In this document: piece by piece, positions 7,580 to 15,025 of the stretch | Position numbering within the stretch: the first letter of the stretch is position 1 | Layout: every line of letters begins with the position of its first letter | DNA from: a bacterium | Lineage (GTDB): Bacteria; Hinthialibacterota; Hinthialibacteria; Hinthialibacterales; Hinthialibacteraceae | Assembly (NCBI GenBank): GCA_041946805.1 | Contig: JBHGBC010000152.1 | Coordinates: 1 to 15,025 of the forward strand | Length of the DNA: 15,025 bases | Direction: 5' to 3' | Translations under genes and position numbers: made by a program | Notes under the pieces: generated by a model | Databases searched by the model: none | What the model was told of the DNA's origin: nothing | What the model saw: the letters and a program-made list of their open reading frames with translations, nothing else

Positions 7580-7610
7580 AAAAAAATGCCCCTCGGGGAT
7601 CGAGGGGCAT
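7580..7610 (-). terminator. Rho-independent terminator
   Basis: Perfect 10-bp stem ATGCCCCTCG (7586-7595) / CGAGGGGCAT (7601-7610) with a 5-nt loop. The A-run at 7580-7586 gives a U-tract on the minus strand, ~40 nt after the stop at 7650. Confidence 0.88.
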
Positions 7611-7649
7611 GAGTCAGTGGACACACGACTAAGAAACAACCGGTATTCG

Positions 7650-8729
7650 CTAGTTCATGATTTCCCAATCCACGATTTCCGTGGGTTCGGGACTGTCCAC
7701 GTAGAGGCCGAAAATGTGGCCGACGGACAATTCCGGCTCCCAGAATTCGATCTCCGCGGCGCAGTCCACCACTATATTTTTCTCGACCAGCTGGTTCCCC
7801 TCTTTTTCAAAATGGACCACGGAACTCCAGGCGAGTGCGCTGCCGCTGGTGATGACCAGGTCCAGGTTGGCGTCGCCGTCGATGTCGCAGTAATGGACCG
7901 CTTCCGCGCCATGGCCCGGCTGGCCGTACCACAGTTCCTGGAACGTATCCGACCATTTATCGGCCGCGAGGCGCTCGATCAACTGGATGGACGCGCCCGC
8001 CGGGCTGTCGCCGTAGAACATTTGCCCCACGATGAAGTCCAACAGGCCGTCTCCAGTATAGTCGCACACGGTGATGCCGGCGACTCCGCCCAGGCCACCC
8101 CGGTTTCCGCCCCAGTTCAGTGTGCGGGTGTGAACCAGGGTTTTCGTTCCCTTCGCCGTCAGGGCGCCGTCCGCGTTGACCGTGAACGCCTGGTCGTATA
8201 TTTCACATTGCATGCTTTTGGGGCCGGGCTCGTCATTGTCTTCCACCCAGGCGATATGCAGGTCGCCGCCCGCGTAATACGCCGTGACGCCGATGGGGCT
8301 GACATCGGCCGGCGTCGTGAAGAGCGGCGGTTGGACCAATTCCCATTCGCCATTGGCGTTGAGTTTGCGGTGTTGGAACTCGGTGCCCAGGCTGGGGAAG
8401 TGGCCATCGCCCATGGAGACGGTCAGGATCGCCCGCAATTCCGGCTGGCCGCTGATCCGGAACATATCCATGCCCATGTCGTATACGTTGCCGGCATACT
8501 CCTCCCCGGCGATCAGGGGAGTAGCCAGCATGTTCATATCGAACTTCCAGGTTTGATCGCTGGCCTGGTAGGTCCATTTGTAAATGTAATACCCCAAATC
8601 CGGCGAGTTCTCATCCCAGTCCGTGGTGTAAACGGTCAGGCCGTCCCGGAGCGCGTCCTGGCTCATGCCGGGAAGCGCCAAGCCGGAAAAAACACAAAGC
8701 AACATAATCTTGTACCCATGGCGCACCAT
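7650..8729 (-). CDS. Secreted protein with FG-GAP/VCBS-like Ca-binding repeats
   Basis: AAGGAGG SD 9 nt before ATG 8729 (the track start 8738 abuts the SD). Sec-type signal peptide MVRHGYKIMLLCVFSGLALPGMS. Two DxxGDGxxD-type motifs (DYTGDGLLDFIVG, DIDGDANLDLVIT). Acidic composition; ends PEPTEIVDWEIMN. Confidence 0.8.
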   Translation of the reverse strand: MVRHGYKIMLLCVFSGLALPGMSQDALRDGLTVYTTDWDENSPDLGYYIYKWTYQASDQTWKFDMNMLATPLIAGEEYAGNVYDMGMDMFRISGQPELRAILTVSMGDGHFPSLGTEFQHRKLNANGEWELVQPPLFTTPADVSPIGVTAYYAGGDLHIAWVEDNDEPGPKSMQCEIYDQAFTVNADGALTAKGTKTLVHTRTLNWGGNRGGLGGVAGITVCDYTGDGLLDFIVGQMFYGDSPAGASIQLIERLAADKWSDTFQELWYGQPGHGAEAVHYCDIDGDANLDLVITSGSALAWSSVVHFEKEGNQLVEKNIVVDCAAEIEFWEPELSVGHIFGLYVDSPEPTEIVDWEIMN

Positions 8730-8918
8730 GATGTGCATCCTCCTTACTTTATTGAAAAGGCTATCGATCTAGAGCTGGAATAAGTATAAGGAGGATTGAA
8801 CCGGGTTGTCTACAAGGAAATTCCCCCGCTTTTTCAGAAAAAAACCCTTGGAAAGGTGTCTTGGGAAAGATCCAGGGGGAAATGGAAAAAGGAGGTTCTC
8901 CCGCCGGGGGGAGTTTCT

Positions 8919-9581
8919 TTATCCCTCGAGGGTGGTGAGACCTTCCCGGATGGCGTATTTGGTGAGTTGGGCGATGGAATGCAGGTCCAGTTTGTCCATG
9001 ATCTTCTGCCGGTGGCCTTCGACCGTTTTTTCGCTCAGGTTCAGGGACGAGGCCATTTCCTTGGTGGAAAGGCCTTCGGCGATCAGCTGCAGGATTTCGC
9101 GTTCGCGCCCGGTTAAAACCTGCAGTCCGGTTCCCTCCTCCGGCACATGGCGGATGTAATCTTCCACGACAATATGGGTGATGCCGGGACTGAGATACAT
9201 TTTGCCCTGCATGACCGACTGGATGGCGGTGACCACTTCCGCCACCGCCCGGTTCTTGAGGAGGTACCCGGCCACCCCCGATTTGAGGGCGCGTTCGACG
9301 AATCGTTTGTCGGAGTGCATGGAAAGAATAATGATCTTGACATGGGGCTGGGATTTCAATATCTGCCGGGCGGCTTCGATGCCGTTCAGCTCGGGCATGC
9401 TGATATCCATGAAGATGACATCCAGGGATAACTCGGCCGCCCGGTGGACGGCTTCCCGCCCGTTGCCGGCTTCCGCCGTGACTTCAATTCCGGGCTCTTG
9501 ATCCAGAACATGCCGGATGCCTTCCCGTACAATCGTATGGTCGTCCGCGATCATCACCCGAATAGTATTCATGGCGCTCAT
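8919..9581 (-). CDS. NarL/FixJ-family response regulator (REC plus LuxR HTH)
   Basis: IRVMIADDH, phospho-acceptor region DVIFMDISMPELNG, GYLLK, and HTH LTGREREILQLIAEGLSTKEMA...SEKTVEGHRQKIMDKL. The start could be 9629, 9581 or 9572. Confidence 0.95.
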   Translation of the reverse strand: MSAMNTIRVMIADDHTIVREGIRHVLDQEPGIEVTAEAGNGREAVHRAAELSLDVIFMDISMPELNGIEAARQILKSQPHVKIIILSMHSDKRFVERALKSGVAGYLLKNRAVAEVVTAIQSVMQGKMYLSPGITHIVVEDYIRHVPEEGTGLQVLTGREREILQLIAEGLSTKEMASSLNLSEKTVEGHRQKIMDKLDLHSIAQLTKYAIREGLTTLEG

Positions 9582-9729
9582 TACGTTGGAATCAAGGGAT
9601 CCAGTTGGTATCGAGGGATCCAGGCCCATATTTTCGGTTCATCCGATAAGTGCGTACTTGTTGAAATAAAATGGATTCCATTCACCCCGGGATGAGTCCG
9701 GACACCCAGGCCCGCTCCGGCCAAAGTTT

Positions 9730-9762
9730 CCTCACTCTGATCCTCTCCCAGGGGGAGAGGGG
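9730..9762 (+). repeat. BoxC-like / REP-type extragenic palindrome (CCCTCACCCxxxCCCTCTCCCxxxGGGAGAGGG family), degenerate
   Basis: cctcactctgat-cctctccc-agg-gggagagg-gg: an 8-bp stem (9742-9749 / 9753-9760) preceded by a pyrimidine-rich leader, in the kinase-regulator spacer. Confidence 0.65.
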
Positions 9763-9936
9763 ATATTGAGGGTGTTTTTCATCGGTGAATTCAAAGAACC
9801 GCGAGCCGGCCATTGGATAAAAAGTACGCACTTGCCCGATGAGCCATATTTTCTATTCTTTTAATGCAACGGCGGCCGCTTCGCAATCCAGAAAAACCCT
9901 GGTTTTCCCTTCGGAAAGTACTTGGAGAGCGGTTCA

Positions 9937-12900
9937 TCAGGCGGGGCCGGCCTCCGGGCTTTTCCCATCGGCGGCCGGCAATTCCAACACGATCCGGGTT
10001 CCTTCGCCGGGGCGGGAATGGCATTCGAATCGTCCACCCAGGTACTCGATCCGTTCGCGGATGCTGAACAGGCCGAAACTGTGTTTTTGTTTCGTGGACA
10101 GCGCCTGGAAGTCGAAGCCCGCGCCATGGTCCGTCACTGTGACCCGCACCTGGCTTCCGGTCCACCGGACATCCACGGCGGCCCGGGACGTTTTCGCGTG
10201 TTTGCGGACATTGAAGAGCAATTCCCGGACGGCGCGGAACAGAACGCCCCGGGCGTCCTCGGTGAGCGGTTTGTATTGATTGTCGTCCCGCAGTTCGACG
10301 CGCATCCCATGCTCTCTTTCCATCTGTTCCGCCAGCCATTCCAGGGCCGGCTCCAGTCCCAGTTCGTAGAGGACCGGCGGACTGATCTCGAAAGTCAAGG
10401 TGCGCGCGTCCTGAATGGTTTGTTCCAGCATGGCCAGCGTTTTTTGCAGCAACGCGGTGGTTTCGGGCGAGTGATGGTTCCGCTGGATCGTTTGGATCAA
10501 CATCTGGCAGGCGGCCAAGCCGTGCCCGATGCGGTCATGCAATTCCCCCGCGATCTGCCGCCGGTCCCGTTCCTCGATCAGCGACATCTCGGAAGCGAAC
10601 GATTGCAGTTGCTGTTGGTATTGCAGCAGTTGGGCATGCGCCTCCCGCAGGTGGATCGTGCGTTCAGCCACCAGGCGTTCCAGGTTGATATGCCGGGAAA
10701 CCGCGTATCCCAGGGCCGCAATGGTGATCAACAGCAACAGCCAAAAGCCCGGTTCCCGGTACCAGGGCAGCAGGACATAAAAATCGAAGGTTTGCGGAAC
10801 CGGATCGATGTTCCAATTCCGGTCCATGGCCCGCACCTGGAATTGATGGCGCCCGGGGATCAGGTTGGTGTAGGTGGCCACGGTTTTTTCCGAAAACGGC
10901 GACCAGGGGGAGGAGTCGATCCGGTGCGAATAGAGCAGCCGCACCGGCAGCGTGTATTTCCATTTGTCCATGCCGGAGAAGACAAACTGGGCCACTGAAC
11001 CGGGAACCAGTTGGTTGGGATTGCGGGTGGCGTCCAGAAAGGTGCGCGGCGGATCGGGATCCGCCTCCGGATGGTACAGGCTCAAGCCGCGCGAGGTGGC
11101 CGCCCACACCTGCCTCCGGCTGTCTTCGAACACCTTGAGCACGCAGAAGGACGAGAGGCCTTCCTCCACCGAGTTCTGGATCCAGGAGTCTTGGAAATAC
11201 CGGTACAGGCCGTTCCAGGTGGCCACCCAGATCACGCCATCCTGGCTTTTGACCAGGTTGGGTATAGCGTCCAGGTTGGTCCGCACCGTGCGCCACGTTT
11301 GGCCGTCGTACTCATAAATGGAATTCCGGTCGGTGAACCAGAGCCGGTTTTCGTCCACCGGGAAGATGCACATGGCGGAATCCCCCGGATATTCGCGGCC
11401 GAAGGTCCGGTATTTCCCGTCCCGGTACAATCCCACTCGTTCGTCCTTCATCCCTCCCAGCCACACCGCACCCTGGCCGTCCTCATACAAGTAGCGGAGT
11501 TGCTCGATGTTCCACCGGTCTCCCAGGTCCAAAAACGGACGAAAGGAGCTGCCATCGTAAATCTCGAGACGGTAGATGAAATGGTCACGGGTGGACTCCG
11601 GGCTTTCCGCCTGCACCCAGATGGTCCGGTCGTTCCGGGGAAAGATCCAACTGATTCTCCGGCCTTCCGGATGCGTCTCCGTCTGGAATTGCCGGGTTTC
11701 GGGATCGAAGGTCAGCAGCACCGAATTGATGGTGCGGATCGCGATCTGGCCGTTCTTGAGATAACAGAGGCTGAACGGTTCCCATAAATACGTGCTGTAT
11801 CCCTCTGGCAACGGGAAGAAAGTCCATTCCTCGTTTTCCAGTAGAATCAACTTGTTGAAGGTGGTGAACCACAACCGCCCCTGGGGATCTTCGCAAATCG
11901 CGTTGATCGGTTCCTCCAGGCGGGCAGCGGCCTCCGGCGTCCTCCAGGTGGCCGGGGCGTACCGGGCGATTCCCGGAGAGAGGCTCACCCAGAACGCGTG
12001 GTTGGATTCATACATGACGGGCGCCCCCCGCTCCAACATGGGAAGTTGAATGCTGGTGAGGGACGGCAGTTGCACTTCCGCCTCCTCGATCTCTCCCCCG
12101 AGATTGGTGATGCAATCCAGAAAGGGATAGTAGGCGTCCGATTGCCACAACCAAAAACTGGAGGGAACGCCCGGCCAGCCGGCATGGATGTCTTTGTCGG
12201 TCATGTATTTCAACTGCCATGTTTTTCCGTCGAAATGGATGAACACTCTCCGGCCCGTGGGCTGGAACACCGCGGAAGCATAAAACCGGCCGGTTTCGTC
12301 TTCCAGGACCGTATCGAGAGACCGCACCCGCAGGGACTCGGGCAAGAGATATTCCCGCCAGGATGAGGAGGGGGTGAGAAACAGCTGGTCGGACATGATT
12401 TTGGCCACGCCCCGGTTGCCCGCGATCAATACCTGGCCATCGGGGGAAGCGGTGATGCCAGTAAAGGATCCCAGTCCGGTTTCCGTGGCGAATTGGATGA
12501 CGCGCGCCGCGTTTTGCGCGGCGTTGAACTCGGTGAGGCGGTCCGGATAACACAACAAAACCCGGTCCGGGGCGCCGGGGAGAATATGCACCTGCGCGAG
12601 ATCGAATCCCTCGATGGGGTAAGTCTCCCACTTTCCCTCCTTGAACAATTTGATCCCCTTGGAATACGAAGACCACAATTGATGGGAGCGGCTTTCAAAC
12701 ACTTGGAGCCATACGCCGGGGGAAGGCTGTTTGTGCACGGCATACCCATCCATGGAACTGATCTGATCGACCGCGCCGTGGCGGATCCAGATTTTCCCGC
12801 CCATGCCGATTTGGCATAGCCCGCAGGATTCGGTCAATCCATCGTCCGTGGACCAATACCGCCAATGACCCCCTGGCGGGACATGGGCTTGCCGCACCAC

Positions 12901-13953
12901 CGGCGGCAGATACTCTCTCCCCAGAATGGAAAGCGGGCCGGCCGTTCCCCGGAAAAGCGCGACTTCGTTCTCCTCCGGGGGCGGAAGCACACGGTAGGTC
13001 AAGGAGACCGGTTCCCTTTGATACGGCACGCTCCAGACAATCTGATTTTCCTCGATCACGCCGCCCGCATTGCATCGTTCCGCCTTCCATCCCGGCGGCA
13101 GCGTCTCCGTGACCTGGATGGTTTCCACCCTCTCCCGGCTGAAAAAGACCGGTAAGCGGACCTCCACCGGTTCTCCCGGCCGGAAGCCGCCGGACCCGAA
13201 CTCCCGGCAGGCCGCGGCGGGAGCCGGCCGCAGCTGGATTTCCGTGACGCGCGCCCGCGCCAATTGCTCATTGTCTTCCGCGTTGGCGATGACGATGCCA
13301 TACGCCGCGGTTTCGCCCATCTCGATCCGCGCCTGGCTGTCCAGGTTCCAGTGCTCGCCGTCGAGCGACCATTCGGAAAAGAGGAGATGGTTCGGCGCGA
13401 TCCGGGTGACCCGGAACCAGACCTCCCCCCCCGGATCGAAGCGGTTGTGGCCGTATGGATCATCGATCTGGGGAGAGAACTCCATCCGGTCCGAGCCGGC
13501 CGTGCGCCAAGCCGAGTAAGCGCTGGAACCCAGGCGGAAACCGGGCCCGGCGTTCCAAAAGATCAGGAAAGCGGGAGACGCGGCCTTCCGGGCGCCGGCC
13601 CGAATCATCAATCCCACGCGGGCTTCGGGATTGCCGCCCCCGCGGTCCAGCCATAGCAATTTTCCGGAAAGCGACCAGGAGCCCTTTTGTTCCGTGTAAA
13701 CGAAATACCCTTCGTCGGCCGCGCCGCCGATCCGGTCGCCGTTGCCCGCTGTTTCCAGCGTCCATCCGGCCGCCGTGGCCATCGTTTCATGATGGCCTGG
13801 GATTTTCACGTGCCCGATTCGCTCCGCGGGATCATCCATTCCCCAGTCGGCGGCCTGGGACGGCCGGGGGGCGGATTCCGCCGGACAGAGCAAGGGGAAG
13901 CTCAACAGCCGGAGCCAGAGAAGAATCCACGGGAAAGAACAGCGCGCAGCCAT
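9937..13953 (-). CDS. Membrane sensor histidine kinase (signal peptide, lectin-like and Ig-like N-domains, beta-propeller repeats, Y_Y_Y, TM, HisKA_3, HATPase_c)
   Basis: 1338 aa. Propeller repeats (EDPQGRLWF, EDGQGAVWLG, EDSRRQVWAATSRGL), Y_Y_Y (YTNLIPGRHQFQVRAMD), PWY plus TM helix, HisKA_3 H-box (ERDRRQIAGELHDRIGH), N box (ELLFNVRKHA), G1 (DHGAGFD) and G2 (FGLFSIRERI). Confidence 0.95.
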   Translation of the reverse strand: MAARCSFPWILLWLRLLSFPLLCPAESAPRPSQAADWGMDDPAERIGHVKIPGHHETMATAAGWTLETAGNGDRIGGAADEGYFVYTEQKGSWSLSGKLLWLDRGGGNPEARVGLMIRAGARKAASPAFLIFWNAGPGFRLGSSAYSAWRTAGSDRMEFSPQIDDPYGHNRFDPGGEVWFRVTRIAPNHLLFSEWSLDGEHWNLDSQARIEMGETAAYGIVIANAEDNEQLARARVTEIQLRPAPAAACREFGSGGFRPGEPVEVRLPVFFSRERVETIQVTETLPPGWKAERCNAGGVIEENQIVWSVPYQREPVSLTYRVLPPPEENEVALFRGTAGPLSILGREYLPPVVRQAHVPPGGHWRYWSTDDGLTESCGLCQIGMGGKIWIRHGAVDQISSMDGYAVHKQPSPGVWLQVFESRSHQLWSSYSKGIKLFKEGKWETYPIEGFDLAQVHILPGAPDRVLLCYPDRLTEFNAAQNAARVIQFATETGLGSFTGITASPDGQVLIAGNRGVAKIMSDQLFLTPSSSWREYLLPESLRVRSLDTVLEDETGRFYASAVFQPTGRRVFIHFDGKTWQLKYMTDKDIHAGWPGVPSSFWLWQSDAYYPFLDCITNLGGEIEEAEVQLPSLTSIQLPMLERGAPVMYESNHAFWVSLSPGIARYAPATWRTPEAAARLEEPINAICEDPQGRLWFTTFNKLILLENEEWTFFPLPEGYSTYLWEPFSLCYLKNGQIAIRTINSVLLTFDPETRQFQTETHPEGRRISWIFPRNDRTIWVQAESPESTRDHFIYRLEIYDGSSFRPFLDLGDRWNIEQLRYLYEDGQGAVWLGGMKDERVGLYRDGKYRTFGREYPGDSAMCIFPVDENRLWFTDRNSIYEYDGQTWRTVRTNLDAIPNLVKSQDGVIWVATWNGLYRYFQDSWIQNSVEEGLSSFCVLKVFEDSRRQVWAATSRGLSLYHPEADPDPPRTFLDATRNPNQLVPGSVAQFVFSGMDKWKYTLPVRLLYSHRIDSSPWSPFSEKTVATYTNLIPGRHQFQVRAMDRNWNIDPVPQTFDFYVLLPWYREPGFWLLLLITIAALGYAVSRHINLERLVAERTIHLREAHAQLLQYQQQLQSFASEMSLIEERDRRQIAGELHDRIGHGLAACQMLIQTIQRNHHSPETTALLQKTLAMLEQTIQDARTLTFEISPPVLYELGLEPALEWLAEQMEREHGMRVELRDDNQYKPLTEDARGVLFRAVRELLFNVRKHAKTSRAAVDVRWTGSQVRVTVTDHGAGFDFQALSTKQKHSFGLFSIRERIEYLGGRFECHSRPGEGTRIVLELPAADGKSPEAGPA

Positions 13954-14046
13954 GCGGATTGACCCGTATCCTCGGGTGAGAGAGTACGCGATCGATTATT
14001 TCATGGATGAAAACCGGAATAAACCGGACCATTCCCCGGCTTTTGT

Positions 14047-14075
14047 ATTCTACCCATTCAGAAGCCACGTATCAT
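14047..14075 (-). promoter_or_regulatory. Possible sigma70 promoter for the kinase gene
   Basis: Minus strand reads ATGATA, 17-nt spacer, TAGAAT, ~95 nt upstream of ATG 13953. Confidence 0.3.
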
Positions 14076-14242
14076 GCCGCCTGCTTACTTTTCGCCCTCA
14101 GTGTCGCGGTGTATAAATGGGAGAAGCGCCAACCCGCCGAAGTTAAAGATTATCTGAAAACCAATGCACAAACGTATTTATTAGTTACAAAAGTCGATTA
14201 TTTTGATCTCATTAGTTTATTTTGATAATTTTTATTTTTTGA

Positions 14243-14272
14243 TTGACAAGATTATTTTGTCTGCGATATAAT
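14243..14272 (+). promoter_or_regulatory. Consensus sigma70 promoter with upstream AT-rich UP-like element
   Basis: TTGACA (14243-14248), 18-nt spacer, TATAAT (14267-14272). A T-rich tract lies at ~14212-14242, and an AGGAGG SD at 14295-14300. Confidence 0.85.
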
Positions 14273-14308
14273 TGAATCACAACTGGATCATCCCAGGAGG
14301 AGCGAAAT

Positions 14309-15025
14309 ATGAAACAATTGGCTTTTTGCATCGTCGCTTTGTGTTCCTTGTGCTACACCCCCCCCGATAATGGCGCGGGATGAGGCAACCTACGCCGCGC
14401 CGGTATCGGAATACGCCGAGCAAACCGGCCCCAACACCATGACTTTTCTGAGCTACCCCAAGTATTACCGGAACGCCTCCGGCAATCTGGCCGAGGTGTA
14501 TACAGCGCTGGTTGAATCGCCCGATCCCGATTGGGATTACGAGGTCTCTAGGGGCATTTGGACCTTGCGCGTCCGGAGCGATGGGACCTTTCAGGCCGAT
14601 CATGAGGGCAATGTCTTCACCTACCGGCTCAATTCCATTGGTCTCGGACGTGGAACCCAATATCGTCCCTTTGAGTGGGGCGAACCCGATTGGTCCAACG
14701 TGGCCGTGCAAGGCGATACCATCCGCTGGGCCGAGGTTTTCCCGGACGTGGATCTCTCCGTGCGCTATATTCATGACATCCTGAAGGTGGATATCATCAT
14801 CCAGCGCGCACTGATGGACCGGATACGCTCGGATGTCAACAACGGCTTCTTGAACCGGGAGGAGTACCTGACTGCGCGGTTCGATATCCCCAACGCCCTG
14901 GTGACCGGCGAAGCCCGGCAAGGCGGGCGGATGCGGGATATACTCGCTGAACCGTTCGAACTCAATCAGCCGCTGGAAATCCTCAAGAACGATAAAGTGG
15001 TCCACAAGATCCGCCCGGTGGAGAC
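14309..15025 (+). CDS. Secreted protein, partial, resembling the N-terminal region of WapA/RHS- or DNRLRE-type surface proteins; frameshifted at C8 (14358-14365)
   Basis: SD plus ATG 14309 gives MKQLAFCIVALCSLCYTPP, then a stop at 14381-14383. The +1 frame (in-frame ATG 14370) is open to the window end: MARDEATY...YPKYYRNASGNLAEV...QGDTIRWAEVFPDVDLSVRYIHDILKVDIII. It is absent from the ORF track because it has no stop in the window. Confidence 0.75.

Noticed and set aside
7520..7650. tRNA/tmRNA integration target or CRISPR array near the integrase
   Set aside because: No cloverleaf or T-loop motif here, and no regularly spaced direct repeats seen anywhere in the window.
7617..8783. 388-aa plus-strand ORF
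   Set aside because: Antisense shadow of the minus-strand secreted protein, which has the SD, signal peptide and terminator.
8886..8915. Possible terminator after the response regulator
   Set aside because: Only a 5-bp stem (CTCCC/GGGAG), separated from the U-run by 7 nt; too weak to call.
9791..13979. Many overlapping ORFs within the kinase gene (e.g. 9922-10998, 11011-11787, 12008-12676)
   Set aside because: Expected stop-poor alternative frames in high-GC coding DNA, with no motifs.
14277..15005. 242-aa minus-strand ORF
   Set aside because: Antisense shadow of the plus-strand gene, which has the promoter, SD and signal peptide.

Overview
GC-rich bacterial window with three parts. (1) Bases 1-5858, minus strand: a four-gene Zorya anti-phage operon with type I gene content: zorA, zorB, zorC (EH-signature) and zorD (SNF2 ATPase; missing from the ORF track because it runs off the left edge). 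Just after SNF2 motif Ia, the zorD frame switches in-frame into sequence resembling the N-terminus of MutS2, so it is either a real fusion or an assembly chimera. (2) About 6147-7575: mobile-element debris, with the left half of an IS630-family element joined to a frameshifted tyrosine-integrase pseudogene. This probably marks the edge of a defence island. (3) 7580-15025: apparent host genes. On the minus strand are a 1338-aa beta-propeller/Y_Y_Y/HisKA_3 sensor kinase, a NarL/LuxR response regulator and a secreted FG-GAP-like protein with its terminator. On the plus strand is a divergent secreted-protein gene with a consensus sigma70 promoter, whose signal peptide is frameshifted at a C8 tract. 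No tRNA, rRNA or CRISPR array was seen. Family assignments come from motif recognition by eye, not from database searches.
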